From an uncultured Candidatus Saccharibacteria bacterium (lineage in GTDB: Bacteria; Patescibacteriota; Saccharimonadia; Saccharimonadales; 2-12-FULL-41-12): a stretch of DNA of 64,000 nucleotides. Below the pieces are notes generated by a model. The model saw only the letters and a program-made list of their open reading frames with translations. It had not been told where the DNA came from and did not search any database. Location of the stretch: the NCBI GenBank assembly GCA_964521095.1, contig CAZFPJ010000002.1:149108-213107 (forward strand). Reading direction: 5' to 3'. The position numbers were made by a program, and so were the translations under genes. This document shows positions 24,217-36,805 of the stretch, piece after piece; position 1 is the first letter of the stretch; every line of letters starts with the position of its first letter.

Positions 24217-24241
24217 GTTATAATAAGTTTCAAGTAATTCG

Positions 24242-25288
24242 ATGAAGAGCAAAAAGACATCTATTTTTGAGATATACGGCTTGGCTACTCTAATTTCAGT
24301 AGCTCTGCTGGTATTTGTTGGCGTTAAAGCTGGTATAGCTGCTTTATTTTTGGCACTTGTGTTGGTGGCTCTAGAGATTACTTTTAGTATCGATAACGCG
24401 GTAGTAAACACTCGAATACTGGAGAGGATGAGCCCAGCTTGGCAGAAGGCTTTTCTGACCATAGGAATTCTGATTGCCGTTTTTGGTGTACGAGTTGTCC
24501 TGCCATTATTTATTGTGTCGATGGCATCGGGCATGAGCGTGGGCAGTGTTGTAGACCTGGCTCTACATAGGCCGGCAGACTATGGGCACGAGCTAGAAGA
24601 GGCCCACCCTGTTATATCGGCTTTTGGTGGTACATTTTTGTTCATGATATTTCTTGACTTCTTTTTTGAAAGACGCAAAACCAAGTGGCTGGTACATATA
24701 GAAACCGTTCTAGAAAAAGCTGGCAAGCTAGAGAGCCTGAGCGTTATTTTGGCGTTAACAGCACTACTTGCAGTATCTAGCACCCTGCCTGCAGAGGTTC
24801 AGCAAAAAGTAATTATTAGTGGTGTTCTGGGCTTGGTTGTATATCTTGTAATAAATTCCCTAGACGAACTGCTAGAACGGTCAAATATTGGTAAAAATTT
24901 ACAATCTACAACCCAGGCTACTTTTAAGGCGGGGCTAATAGGATTTTTGTACCTAAATGTGCTGGACGCCAGCTTTAGTTTGGACGGGGTTATTGGTGCT
25001 TTTGCTATTACGAACCAGATACTTTTGATAGCAGTTGGTCTGGGTATTGGTGCTTTGTATGTCAGGGTAGTCACGATCCATATGCTCGAGCACGGTGTTT
25101 TAAACAGGTATCGGTATATGGAGCATGGCGCACACTATGCAATAGGTATATTAGCTGGACTAATGTTGGCTTCGTTAAAATTCGACATACCAGAAGTTGT
25201 AGCCGGCTTGGCGGGGCTAGTTTTTGTTGGAACAGCCGTCGTGCATTCGCGCATTAGGCTCAAAAAAGATCAAACAGCTAGCGCCTAA
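24242..25288 (+). CDS. TerC/DUF475-family integral membrane protein
   Basis: 348 aa and polytopic. Motif LEITFSIDNAVVN and a second DASFSLDGVIGAF are typical of the TerC-like family. Confidence 0.7.
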   Translation: MKSKKTSIFEIYGLATLISVALLVFVGVKAGIAALFLALVLVALEITFSIDNAVVNTRILERMSPAWQKAFLTIGILIAVFGVRVVLPLFIVSMASGMSVGSVVDLALHRPADYGHELEEAHPVISAFGGTFLFMIFLDFFFERRKTKWLVHIETVLEKAGKLESLSVILALTALLAVSSTLPAEVQQKVIISGVLGLVVYLVINSLDELLERSNIGKNLQSTTQATFKAGLIGFLYLNVLDASFSLDGVIGAFAITNQILLIAVGLGIGALYVRVVTIHMLEHGVLNRYRYMEHGAHYAIGILAGLMLASLKFDIPEVVAGLAGLVFVGTAVVHSRIRLKKDQTASA

Positions 25289-25330
25289 TGAGTGGTTTTT
25301 ATCTGTTATCTTTGGTAGGCTAGTTAGAGT

Positions 25331-26785
25331 ATGACAAAAGCAAAACAGCAAAATTACTTCGTAACTACATCTATCCCATACATTAATGGCGAGCCGCATT
25401 TGGGGCACGCTATGGAATTTATTATGGGTGATGTTCTGGCTCGGTACGCTCGCCAGAAAAACATTAATACATTGTTTAGTATCGGTACCGATGAACACGG
25501 TGGAAAGGTTGCCGAAAAGGCTGAGACACTAAATATTACGCCCCGAGAGCTGGCCGATCAGATGAGCGCCAAGTTTCGCGAACTATCAAAATCTTTGAAC
25601 ATATCAAATGATAGATTTGTGCGTACAACCGACGAAGGTCACGAGCAAAGAGCTACGATTATTTGGCAGACTCTAAGCAAAAATATTTATAAAGACAGAT
25701 ACACCGGCTGGTATTGCACCGGTTGTGAGGAGTTTAAGCCGGAGGCTTTTGTAAAAGAGACTAATAACACCTGTCCTGAGCACAACCGTCCATATGAACA
25801 AGTCGAAGAAGAGAACTACTTTTTTAGACTTAGTGCCTACAGCAACCAGATCAAAGAAGCTATAGAGTCGGACGCCTACAGAGTTATCCCGGCGTCACGG
25901 CGCAACGAGGCACTAGCTATACTCAAGGATGGAGCAAAAGACATTAGTATTAGTCGTCCAAAGCAAAAGATGTCTTGGGGGATTCCTGTGCCGGGCGATG
26001 AATCGCAGGTTATGTATGTGTGGTTTGAAGCCCTTATGAATTACATAACAGTACTTGGCTATCCAGAGCACCAGGACTTTAAAAAGTTCTGGCCAGCTAC
26101 TGTGCAAGTAATTGGCAAAGATATCAATAAATTCCATGCTATTATTTGGCCCGGCATACTTTTGGCGTTAGGGCTACCGTTGCCAGAGACTCTTTTTGTT
26201 CATGGATTTATTAATGCCGAGGATGGCACAAAAATGAGCAAAAGCCTGGGTAATGTAGTTAGCCCAGACGAAGTTATTCAAAAGTATAATAGCGATGTAT
26301 TTCGCTATTTTTTCCTCAAGCATATACCTAGTTACGAAGACGGCGACTTTAGCTGGCAAAGGCTAGAAAATGCCTACAATAACGAATTAGCTAATGAGCT
26401 TGGCAATACAGTAAACAGAACAGTTGCTATGATTAACAAATATCAATCTGGAGTGATTGGTGACATCCCGGAGCTGGGCCACGATACAGCGCAGTATCAT
26501 CAAGCAATCAAGGATTGTCGTTTTGACAGAGCGCTAGAGGAAGTTTGGGAGCAGGTTCGTGGACTAAATCAATATATTGATGCTACAAAACCATGGAAGA
26601 TATCATCCCAGCACGATCCAGAGCACCTGCAGGAGGTTCTAGCATACATGACAAGTTGCTTGCTAGAAATTGCAGAATTATTGCAACCGTTTATGCCCGA
26701 AACTAGCCAAAAGATCTCAGATATTTTTTCTACCGGGGTAGTCAAGCCTCTAGACGGAATATTGTTCCCCAAGCAGGAAGCCTAG
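25331..26785 (+). CDS. metG: methionine--tRNA ligase (short form)
   Basis: PYINGEPHLGHA (HIGH), Zn knuckle CTGCEEF...CPEH, KMSKSLGN. Confidence 0.95.
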   Translation: MTKAKQQNYFVTTSIPYINGEPHLGHAMEFIMGDVLARYARQKNINTLFSIGTDEHGGKVAEKAETLNITPRELADQMSAKFRELSKSLNISNDRFVRTTDEGHEQRATIIWQTLSKNIYKDRYTGWYCTGCEEFKPEAFVKETNNTCPEHNRPYEQVEEENYFFRLSAYSNQIKEAIESDAYRVIPASRRNEALAILKDGAKDISISRPKQKMSWGIPVPGDESQVMYVWFEALMNYITVLGYPEHQDFKKFWPATVQVIGKDINKFHAIIWPGILLALGLPLPETLFVHGFINAEDGTKMSKSLGNVVSPDEVIQKYNSDVFRYFFLKHIPSYEDGDFSWQRLENAYNNELANELGNTVNRTVAMINKYQSGVIGDIPELGHDTAQYHQAIKDCRFDRALEEVWEQVRGLNQYIDATKPWKISSQHDPEHLQEVLAYMTSCLLEIAELLQPFMPETSQKISDIFSTGVVKPLDGILFPKQEA

Positions 26786-26800
26786 GATACAGAAAAATAG

Positions 26801-27574
26801 ATGAAGTTTTTTGATACTCATGCACATATTCATTTTGACAACTACGACCTTGATGCCGACGAAGTGCTAAAAGGCGCACGGGCAGAAGGCGTGGAAGGGA
26901 TTATCGCTGTAGCTTGCGATCTAGCGACTAGTCAGCAAAGTGTTGAATTTGCTAAGACCCGAGAAAATGTTTGGGCTTCTGTTGGTGTTCATCCCCATGA
27001 GGCAACAGATTTTGTTAAGAACTCCGACAGCGTAGCTTTACTAGAGACGCTACTAAAAGCCAAGACCGACAAGCTGGTAGCTATTGGCGAGTGTGGCTTG
27101 GATTATCATTACGAGAATTCGCCCAAGAGCGACCAGGTTGCAATGCTAGAAATACATTTACAATTAGCGACAGACAACAAACTCCCAGTGATATTCCATG
27201 TCCGAGAAGCTCACGAAGATTTTTGGCCGATTGTAGATAATTTCTCGGGAATTCGTGGGGTGTTGCATAGTTTTTCCGCGACTTCAAAAGAGCTAGATCA
27301 GGCAGTAAAGAGAGGTTTATTTATTGGGCTAAACGGTATTATGACATTTACGAGCGACGATTATCAACTTGCAGCCGCTAGGGCTGTCCCTAAGGATCAC
27401 TTAGTGCTTGAAACGGATGCACCGTATTTGACTCCAAAACCGTTTCGTGGTAAAATTTGTAAACCCGAGCACGTAAAGATTACGGCCGAGTTTTTGGCTA
27501 ACTTACGAGGCGAAAACCTAGAAGAATTGGCGACATATACAACCCAAAATGCTCGCCGACTGTTTGGTATTTAG
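26801..27574 (+). CDS. tatD: TatD-family metal-dependent hydrolase
   Basis: FDTHAHI, IGECGLDYHY, VIFHVREA, LVLETDAPYL. Confidence 0.9.
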   Translation: MKFFDTHAHIHFDNYDLDADEVLKGARAEGVEGIIAVACDLATSQQSVEFAKTRENVWASVGVHPHEATDFVKNSDSVALLETLLKAKTDKLVAIGECGLDYHYENSPKSDQVAMLEIHLQLATDNKLPVIFHVREAHEDFWPIVDNFSGIRGVLHSFSATSKELDQAVKRGLFIGLNGIMTFTSDDYQLAAARAVPKDHLVLETDAPYLTPKPFRGKICKPEHVKITAEFLANLRGENLEELATYTTQNARRLFGI

Positions 27575-27577
27575 ATT

Positions 27578-27808
27578 ATGAAAGAACAACACCACCGACC
27601 ATATCACCAGCCGAATCCCATAAAGAGGGATGCTGAGATAGTTCGCAGTGTTATGAGCGAACAGCCAGAGCAGGTTCCTAGCTTGCGTCCAGAGGGTGTG
27701 TTGCAGGTAATAGGTATATCGACAGCCCCAGATTCTGACTCAGATCAACAGGCTACACAAGAAAATATAATGGTAGCTGCTCGTCGCTATCTTGCTAAAA
27801 AGAGATGA
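27578..27808 (+). CDS. hypothetical small protein
   Basis: 76-aa ORF 3 nt after the tatD stop. No recognisable motif. Confidence 0.4.
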   Translation: MKEQHHRPYHQPNPIKRDAEIVRSVMSEQPEQVPSLRPEGVLQVIGISTAPDSDSDQQATQENIMVAARRYLAKKR

Positions 27809-27857
27809 ATTTTACCCCTTAGCTTTTGTAGCTGGGTATTGCTACAATTTATAAACA

Positions 27858-28997
27858 ATGAAAACCATATATCTTGATTATGCGGCAGGAACACCAGTAG
27901 ACCCACAAGTATTATCGGCTATGACGCCCTATATCGAGGGGTATTTTTATAATCCATCGGCCAATTATCAACAGGCACAAGATGTCAGAAAAATTATAGA
28001 AAATGCTCGAGCAAGCATTGCCTCGCAGTTTGGAGCTAGGGCTAACGAGATAATTTTTACTTCTGGTGGAACAGAGTCCAATAACTTAGCTGTCCGTGGA
28101 GTTATGGAGCGGTATCCAGGCAAAAAAATGCTTTATTCTGCTATAGAACACCCTTCGGTTAGTGCTCCCGCAGAGCTTTGTTCTTCAGAAAAAATAGCTG
28201 TCGATCAACAGGGTAGAGTTGCCTTGTCGGATATGCAGAACAAACTTGGTGACGACACTGTGTTAGTGAGTATTATGCAAGCCAATAACGAGATTGGCAC
28301 AATTCAGCCAATCCGTAGTGTTGGCAATGTGCTCAAGCAGATCCGTGCCGATCGCAAAGCAAGAGGCGTTAAAACCCCACTGTACTTTCATACCGATGCT
28401 TGCCAAGCGGTCAACTATCTAGACACCAGCGTGCACTCGCTTGGAGTTGATTTGATGACTATTAACGGTGGAAAAATATATGGTCCAAAGCAGAGTGGTG
28501 CATTGTTTGTGTCTAGCCATACTTTATTATCTCCACAGATTCTGGGTGGAGGACAACAACGCGCTTTGCGGAGTGGAACAGAGAGTGTCGCTAGTGCAGT
28601 TGGGCTGGATGTAGCGGTAGAGATAACTGCCAGGCTAAGAGTTTTAGAAAACAAACGACTCTCGGAGTTGCAAAATTATTTTTTCCATCAACTCGTAGAA
28701 AAAATACCAACAGCCATAGTCCATGGCTCGGTCAAGCACAGGTTGCCTAATAATGTCAGTCTGGCCTTACCTGGATTGTCTAACGAAAGACTGCTAATTC
28801 AACTAGAGGATGAGGGGGTGCTGGCAGCGACTGGGTCGGCCTGCAAAGCGTCTGATCCAGAGCCTTCGAACACACTTAAATCTATTGGAGTTGATGATGC
28901 TTTGGCGGGTTCCACTCTGCGATTTAGTATGGGGCGACAAACAGTCCAAGCGGACCTAGATTATCTGCTAAAGACTCTGATTAAACTAACAGCTTAA
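27858..28997 (+). CDS. cysteine desulfurase (class V aminotransferase, NifS/IscS-like)
   Basis: TSGGTESNN, HTDACQA, PLP-lysine context INGGKIYGPK, active-site GSACKAS. Confidence 0.85.
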   Translation: MKTIYLDYAAGTPVDPQVLSAMTPYIEGYFYNPSANYQQAQDVRKIIENARASIASQFGARANEIIFTSGGTESNNLAVRGVMERYPGKKMLYSAIEHPSVSAPAELCSSEKIAVDQQGRVALSDMQNKLGDDTVLVSIMQANNEIGTIQPIRSVGNVLKQIRADRKARGVKTPLYFHTDACQAVNYLDTSVHSLGVDLMTINGGKIYGPKQSGALFVSSHTLLSPQILGGGQQRALRSGTESVASAVGLDVAVEITARLRVLENKRLSELQNYFFHQLVEKIPTAIVHGSVKHRLPNNVSLALPGLSNERLLIQLEDEGVLAATGSACKASDPEPSNTLKSIGVDDALAGSTLRFSMGRQTVQADLDYLLKTLIKLTA

Positions 28998-29052
28998 GTT
29001 TATCGGCATTAGAGTGTATAATTTTAGGTAGAAAAACCAATAATATTTTCAA

Positions 29053-29892
29053 ATGTCCAAGATAAATAAGAAGAGACTATTTTCGCGAGAGCGCCTACTG
29101 GCCGCAACCGGCCTAGCTTTTTTGGTGCTTTTGAGTATGTCCAGCTCAATCTCGGCTCAGAGCATAGGCCAAGCCTATTCATCTGACGAAAAACTTCAAA
29201 GAGGCATGTTGGTTGCTGTTAAAGAAGGTGACCCCAACAAAGTAGAAGCTGTTACAGATAAGTCTCTAGATCGCCTAAAGGGTATAGTGGTCCAGCCCAA
29301 CGATTTGTCGATAACTCTAAACAGTGGAGATCGCAACATTTATGTTGCTTCTAGTGGCGCTTACGAAACCTTGGTTAGCGACCAGAGTGGCTCAATTAAA
29401 GCAGGAGATTATATTAGTATTTCTTCGCTGGCTGGAATTGGCATGAAGGCTACTGACTCCCAAAAAGTTGTGGTAGGCAAAGCCGTAGAAGGCTTTAATG
29501 GTCGTGATAATACCGTGGGTTCTAGTACTGCCGAGGGTGGACAACGGGTGAATTTTGGGAGAATTCGTGTGGAGGTGTCTGTTAATAAAAACCCATGGCT
29601 TAAAGTTCCAGAGGCTCCAAAAGTGCCAAGTTTTTTAGGCAAATTATCTCAGACAATCGTTAGCAAACAAGTGTCAGCGCCACGAATATATCTGGCTACA
29701 GCCGTATTCTTGGCAACAATTTTCATCACCGGAGTCATGCTGTACAGCGGTTCGCGTGGGGGCATGATATCTATCGGTCGTAACCCACTTTCTAGAAAAG
29801 TGGTTACAAAAGTATTCCTACAGGTGGTGCTTTTTAGCTTAATTATTTTCATAACGGGGCTTTTTGGGGTATATTTACTACTGAAACTATAA
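29053..29892 (+). CDS. membrane protein: signal anchor, ~190-aa extracytoplasmic domain and a C-terminal two-helix hairpin with an ATPase c-subunit-like RNP loop
   Basis: LAFLVLLSMSSSISA/QS. C-terminus IYLATAVFLATIFITGVMLYSGSRGGMISIGRNPLSRKVVTKVFLQVVLFSLIIFITGLFGVYLLLKL (compare mitochondrial c ...IGYARNPSLKQQLF...). No Asp/Glu in helix 2. Confidence 0.55.
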   Translation: MSKINKKRLFSRERLLAATGLAFLVLLSMSSSISAQSIGQAYSSDEKLQRGMLVAVKEGDPNKVEAVTDKSLDRLKGIVVQPNDLSITLNSGDRNIYVASSGAYETLVSDQSGSIKAGDYISISSLAGIGMKATDSQKVVVGKAVEGFNGRDNTVGSSTAEGGQRVNFGRIRVEVSVNKNPWLKVPEAPKVPSFLGKLSQTIVSKQVSAPRIYLATAVFLATIFITGVMLYSGSRGGMISIGRNPLSRKVVTKVFLQVVLFSLIIFITGLFGVYLLLKL

Positions 29893-29911
29893 GCATTTTG
29901 GATTAATAATA

Positions 29912-30550
29912 ATGGGTGGAGAACAAATGCAAAGCTGGCTTGGGACAATTTTGGTTGTTAGCTCGATTATGACGGCTACTCTCGCCTTTATTTGGGTGGC
30001 AGTTAGGCTAGGCAAAGGCCAAGGTGGTCAAGATAACAAAGACCAAGATTACGCGCAGTCTGCCGAAAAAGATGTAGAGCACATTTTTAACGATGAATTT
30101 CGTGAGGAGCTTCGCAACAGGGGGCGCCTACACTTTGAGAAAATTATTGGCGAAAATGCCATGTTTTTGCAACAGGACTTGCGCTTGACGACTACCCAGA
30201 TAAATGACTATATGAAGCAAGAGATTACCAAGACTCTTCACGACGCTTTTAAAAAATACGAAGAATCAATTACTAATGCTAAAGAAATGGCGCTAGAATC
30301 GATTCAAAAAACCCAAGAGGCAGTCGAGGATCAGCGCAAGACGATGGGCGAACAGATAGACCACGAAATCGCCGAGGAAAAGCGTAGAGTCCTAGAGCAG
30401 TTCGAACAGAACATGACAGATATTGTTAACCACTATGTGCTTGGTGCTATCGGAAACCAGATTAACCTAGAAGACCAGCTAGAGTATATCTTGGGCGAGC
30501 TAGAGAGGAATAAAAAATCTATTATCGAGGACATAGAGGCTGGCGCATGA
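29912..30550 (+). CDS. atpF: F-type ATPase b-like peripheral-stalk subunit (TM + coiled coil)
   Basis: N-terminal TM LGTILVVSSIMTATLAFIWVAV, then ~170 aa of charged heptad-like sequence. Position immediately 5' of the delta gene. Confidence 0.5.
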   Translation: MGGEQMQSWLGTILVVSSIMTATLAFIWVAVRLGKGQGGQDNKDQDYAQSAEKDVEHIFNDEFREELRNRGRLHFEKIIGENAMFLQQDLRLTTTQINDYMKQEITKTLHDAFKKYEESITNAKEMALESIQKTQEAVEDQRKTMGEQIDHEIAEEKRRVLEQFEQNMTDIVNHYVLGAIGNQINLEDQLEYILGELERNKKSIIEDIEAGA

Positions 30551-31041
30551 GTGATGCAAAGACAAAGCTACTGGTTCCAGCTCGCTTGATTAGTTTCGTA
30601 GACCTGTCTCGGGTAGTTCGGGAGCTCGATACACTTGACGATGCTCTGCGACAAGCTTCTATTAGGAACAGCGGACAGAGCGTGCAACTGCCCCGAACCA
30701 CTCAGATGCTCGAAGATACGGCTACTATCAACGGACTTTCTTTGCTAGACGCTAAACACCGCGAAGTTCTCTTGGGCGCCCTAAAGAAATTTCAAACTAA
30801 TCCACCACTAATACATATGAGTTTCACTGTTGAGCCCTCGGCCAAGTTTGTCGAAAAGATGATCACCTGGCTCCGCGCTAACATTAAGGACAATATCCTT
30901 CTAGAGATTGGCCTGCAGCCTACGATTGTTGCCGGTTGCGTAGTGCGAACCCAGAACAAAGTTTTCGACATGAGCCTGCGAGCTAATTTATCCGAGAAGC
31001 GAGATGTACTGGTTAGCTACATAGCAGGAGGCAAAGCTTGA
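30547..31041 (+). CDS. atpH: F-type ATPase delta (OSCP)-like subunit
   Basis: 4-nt overlaps with both neighbours. C-terminus [26 protein letters not shown] matches the delta pattern (..liGG..v..g..v.D.S.r..L). Confidence 0.65.
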   Translation: MSDAKTKLLVPARLISFVDLSRVVRELDTLDDALRQASIRNSGQSVQLPRTTQMLEDTATINGLSLLDAKHREVLLGALKKFQTNPPLIHMSFTVEPSAKFVEKMITWLRANIKDNILLEIGLQPTIVAGCVVRTQNKVFDMSLRANLSEKRDVLVSYIAGGKA

Positions 31042-32461
31042 ACGATAACCAGCATTTCGAGAAGCTTGTCGCCAGCGGTCAGCCAGTGGGCGAAGTTATA
31101 GCTGTCGATAAATTTTTAGCACTCGTTAGAGGCTTGAATCCGATAAGCATACACGCACTTATTATGTTTGAAGATGGATCTAAAGGATTCGTCAGAGAAG
31201 TCCTAGAGGACCATGTGGCTGTTCTGCACCTTGGCTCCGAGCCAATAACTGTTGGTTCGGTTGCGGTAGTCCAGCACCACAGTTTGGTCTGTCGGGTTGG
31301 TAAAGATTACATAGGTAGAGTGGTTTCTGTTATGGGCCAACCCTTGGACGGCAAGGGTCCAATAGCTGCCGACGATACATGGCCAGTTTTTAATGTAGCC
31401 CCTCCTATTTACGAGCGAGAGCTTTTAGATACGCAACTAGAGAGTGGCGTCTCGGTTGTTGACGCTATTTTGCCTCTAGTTAGAGGACAGCGCATAGCCC
31501 TGCTTGGAGACAGTAAGTCTGGCAAAACTGCCCTAGCTGCTCAGCTAACTATTAATCAAAAAAATACCGATCAAATCGTTGTTTATTGTTTAGTCGCCAA
31601 ACGGCGAAGCGATGTAGATGCGCTATTGGCAAAACTAGAAGAAACTGGCGCTTTAAAGACAGCTATTGTTGTTGTGTCTACCATGTTCGAGTCTTTGGTC
31701 ATGAGCTACCTAGCGCCTTATGTTGCCTGTGCCATGGCCGAATATCTGTGGCAAAAATGCGATCAAGACACCATTATTATTTATGACGATCTGACTTCAC
31801 ACGCTCACGCTCACAGAGAGATATCTTTGTTAAGTGGTGTTAGCCCGGGTCGTGACTCGTATCCGGGTGATATGTTTTATTCGCACTCTAGCCTCTTAGA
31901 GCGGGCCGGTCGTTTGCACTCAAACGGCAAGTGTCTAACCAGTATCCCTCTGGTATTAGTGCCAAACGGCGATATTACGGCGTATCTACCGACTAACATC
32001 ATGTCTATTACAGACGGCCAGTGGATTTTGGATATGAACTTGTTCAGAAGCGGTATTCGCCCCTCGGTTAACATTGGTCTTAGTGTGACTCGTGTTGGTG
32101 GCGTGGGTCACAACAAGCGACAAAAACAGTTTGCAGTACAGTCTCTAAAACTACTGGCAGAGTACCGGCAGGCCGAGGAGTTTGCTCACTTTGGTTCGGA
32201 GCTTGCCCTGGAGTCGAAAGCTGTTTTAGAAAAAGGCGCTAATGTCATGAAGTTGCTCAACCAAGGGCCGACCGACACCTACAGCTTGCTTGCTCAGCAA
32301 CTAATGCTAGACATAGTTTTAAACGCAGAAGAGTCTGAAAAGGTTGATATAGATAGCCTAAAAACTCAGGTTATGGAATACGCTCAGAAGATCAAAAAAG
32401 ATGACGAATACGAAAAGATCCGCACCGAGCTAAAGCAAAAGTCAATTGTGGAGCTCAAAAA

Positions 32462-32465
<4 letters not shown>
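31038..32465 (+). CDS. atpA: F-type ATPase alpha subunit (divergent)
   Basis: TTG start after AGGAGG. P-loop [41 protein letters not shown]. 475 aa. Confidence 0.85.
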
Positions 32466-34617
<2,152 letters not shown>

Positions 34618-34620
34618 CTT

Positions 34621-34935
34621 ATGGCAGATCAGCCAACTATCAAGGACAAGCCAGAAGAGCCAAAAGGTCAACCACGCATTGTTGACGGCAAAGAGGTGAT
34701 GCATGTCAAGATGTATTCGCCTTTTCGTACCTATTTTGATGACGATGCATTTAGTGTTTCGGCGATTAATCGCACAGGGCCCTTTGATATCTTGCCTAGG
34801 CACCATAATTTTATGACCCTTTTGGGGGAAGGTGTGGTCACAATTCGTCAGCCCGAAGGCGACAAAAAGATCAAGATATCGCACGCCGTTATGCATGTCA
34901 AAAAAGACAAAGTGACTATATTTTTAGATGTCTAA
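34621..34935 (+). CDS. atpC: F-type ATPase epsilon subunit, beta-sandwich domain only
   Basis: 104 aa. GPFDILPRHHNFMTLLGEGVVTI and KVTIFLDV match the epsilon N-domain pattern. No C-terminal helical hairpin. Confidence 0.6.
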   Translation: MADQPTIKDKPEEPKGQPRIVDGKEVMHVKMYSPFRTYFDDDAFSVSAINRTGPFDILPRHHNFMTLLGEGVVTIRQPEGDKKIKISHAVMHVKKDKVTIFLDV

Positions 34936-34937
34936 AT

Positions 34938-36002
34938 TTAATCTATAACGATGTAATCAAAGGCAAAACTCTGCCCAGCAGGAGGTGTGCTGGCAGTGCA
35001 GATACTAAACCCAGTGTTGGAGCGGTTGATATAGTACGCTAGGCTACCAGCAGCCGAGCCAACTGGAGTAACTACAACATGAGGGTTGCCGTTAAATTTT
35101 TGAGTAAAAGTTAGGTTGGCAAAACAGCCAGCAGACGGCCCGCCACCGGTATTGATGTTAACAGTTCCAGCTGTGTCGGTCCCGCTGTTGTTGCTGGTAC
35201 CACCAGACCCCAGCGCGTTACCGTTGCTTCTGCCCGGAGTTCCGCCACCCGCGTCTATATGTCTATTAAACCGCAGGTCGCCGTTGAGCTGTAATCCGTC
35301 AATCGATATCTGAGAGGCCGAGAAAACCCCACCAACACTCAGGTTGCCGGCAACATTTAGGCCTTTTTGTATGGTTGTTTGACCTTGTATATTAGTGTCA
35401 CCAGATATCTGTAAATTACTGGCTTGCAACTTATCAAAGGTGCTAGTGCCAGAAGCCGTAATGCCAGGAACATTCAGGGGGCCTCCTATTTTTAGCTGAC
35501 CAGCTACTTCTAGGCCGTCTTTGATCAGTACCTTTCCAGCAAATACCGCATTGGCTTCGACGCTAAGTATCTGTTTTGGGTCACCAACAGTCACATCGCT
35601 TTGTCGAAGTTGATCTAGTACATCCTGGCTAAGTGGCTGGGTGTTTATGTCGGTCTTTTTGTTCGAAGTCGATTTGTCTCTGGTGTAACTAACAAACACT
35701 ACTATCAAGGCCAAAATAACTACAAGCAAGAACAGTAACAAATAGATATTAAACTGCCTAAAAAAACCTGCTAACTTTTGTTTCAAGCCCTGTTTGTGCT
35801 CTGGTCCTTGTGGCGAACTGGGTTGACTGGCGTTTTGTGTAGCTACTCCATCTGTATTAGCTTGGCCATCATTCGCAGTTACTACAGCTGTCTCGGACCC
35901 TTCAAGAGAATCAAGCGTAGTGTCATCTACTGGTGTTGCCTCGGTTGGTTTTTGTTCCATAAAATCTCTATAAAGCTTAACGCTTAAGGTATATTTTAGC
36001 AA
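34938..36002 (-). CDS. membrane-anchored beta-helix-repeat surface protein with lectin-like C-terminal domain
   Basis: Probable start MEQKPTEAT (35960). TM IYLLLFLLVVILALIVVFV. Repeats of the type GLEVAGQLKIGG / GLNVAGNLSVGG. Gly/Asn-rich linker. C-terminal FTQKFNGNPHVVVTPVG...TGFSIC pattern resembling H-type lectin (weak). Confidence 0.55.
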   Translation of the reverse strand: MLKYTLSVKLYRDFMEQKPTEATPVDDTTLDSLEGSETAVVTANDGQANTDGVATQNASQPSSPQGPEHKQGLKQKLAGFFRQFNIYLLLFLLVVILALIVVFVSYTRDKSTSNKKTDINTQPLSQDVLDQLRQSDVTVGDPKQILSVEANAVFAGKVLIKDGLEVAGQLKIGGPLNVPGITASGTSTFDKLQASNLQISGDTNIQGQTTIQKGLNVAGNLSVGGVFSASQISIDGLQLNGDLRFNRHIDAGGGTPGRSNGNALGSGGTSNNSGTDTAGTVNINTGGGPSAGCFANLTFTQKFNGNPHVVVTPVGSAAGSLAYYINRSNTGFSICTASTPPAGQSFAFDYIVID

Positions 36003-36125
36003 AAATTACCGCCAAACAATAGGGCTGGCTGAGGGCTTGCTGTTGTCAAAAATATTGGTCTTAATGAAAAGAATAGGATATGATGAAAATATCAGAAGGG
36101 AAGAAGCTATTTTCGGGTAAATATA

Positions 36126-36800
36126 ATGAAATATAACTACCTAGATGACCACCGATTGCACCGCAGATTAGTAAGATTTTTAAAACTACTATCCGTACTT
36201 GTTCTTGTGGGTGTTGTGGTAGGAGTTATTGTCATTATAGATGCTCTTAGAGAGAACAAGCCGACTACAGAAGTTACATCTCGACCAACAGAGTCCGCCA
36301 TAGTGGCTCGCGACAATGTTATTAGGAGCGCGTACTTTCAGTTTCAGGCTCCAAAAAATTGGATAGAGGTAGCCAATGAATCTAAGGCGCCTAATTTTGT
36401 TTATCGTGAGATGAGTGGACAGCTTATCAGAAGAGAGCTAAGAATATTTGTTAATAGTGACATAAGCTTGCCCAAGGCTAGTCGGGTCCTGCCGATAGCC
36501 CCTAACGGTGATCGACTTACTGTAGGGAGTGTGTCAGAGCACTGTAGTACCGACAAACGGTTTACCGCTGGCCCAGACAACCCTGTTGTCATGGCCTGGC
36601 AAGGGGTTATGATGACATGTGACCCCGACACCGTCAGTACCTACGCCGTGGTGGTTGGCCAGGTTGGCCCAACCCCTAGCGTAACCCTAACTAGACCAGA
36701 TGGCACGAAGGCTAGTTACAAAATAATCTATCACGATTTCACAGCTAGCCCATCTACGAACAGTCTAGTAGGTATTTTGCAATCATTTCAGACACGGTAG
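36126..36800 (+). CDS. hypothetical single-pass membrane protein
   Basis: 224 aa. RRLVRFLKLLSVLVLVGVVVGVIVII anchor, extracytoplasmic remainder with 2 Cys. Confidence 0.5.
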   Translation: MKYNYLDDHRLHRRLVRFLKLLSVLVLVGVVVGVIVIIDALRENKPTTEVTSRPTESAIVARDNVIRSAYFQFQAPKNWIEVANESKAPNFVYREMSGQLIRRELRIFVNSDISLPKASRVLPIAPNGDRLTVGSVSEHCSTDKRFTAGPDNPVVMAWQGVMMTCDPDTVSTYAVVVGQVGPTPSVTLTRPDGTKASYKIIYHDFTASPSTNSLVGILQSFQTR

Positions 36801-36805
36801 AGCGG

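Noticed and set aside
24217-24241. A yybP-ykoY (Mn) riboswitch upstream of the TerC-family gene
   Set aside because: Only ~25 nt separate the ssrA terminator from the start codon, which leaves no room for an aptamer.
24109-24534. A 141-aa minus-strand ORF
   Set aside because: It is antisense to the tmRNA 3' end, its terminator and the TerC-like gene start, so it is a shadow ORF.
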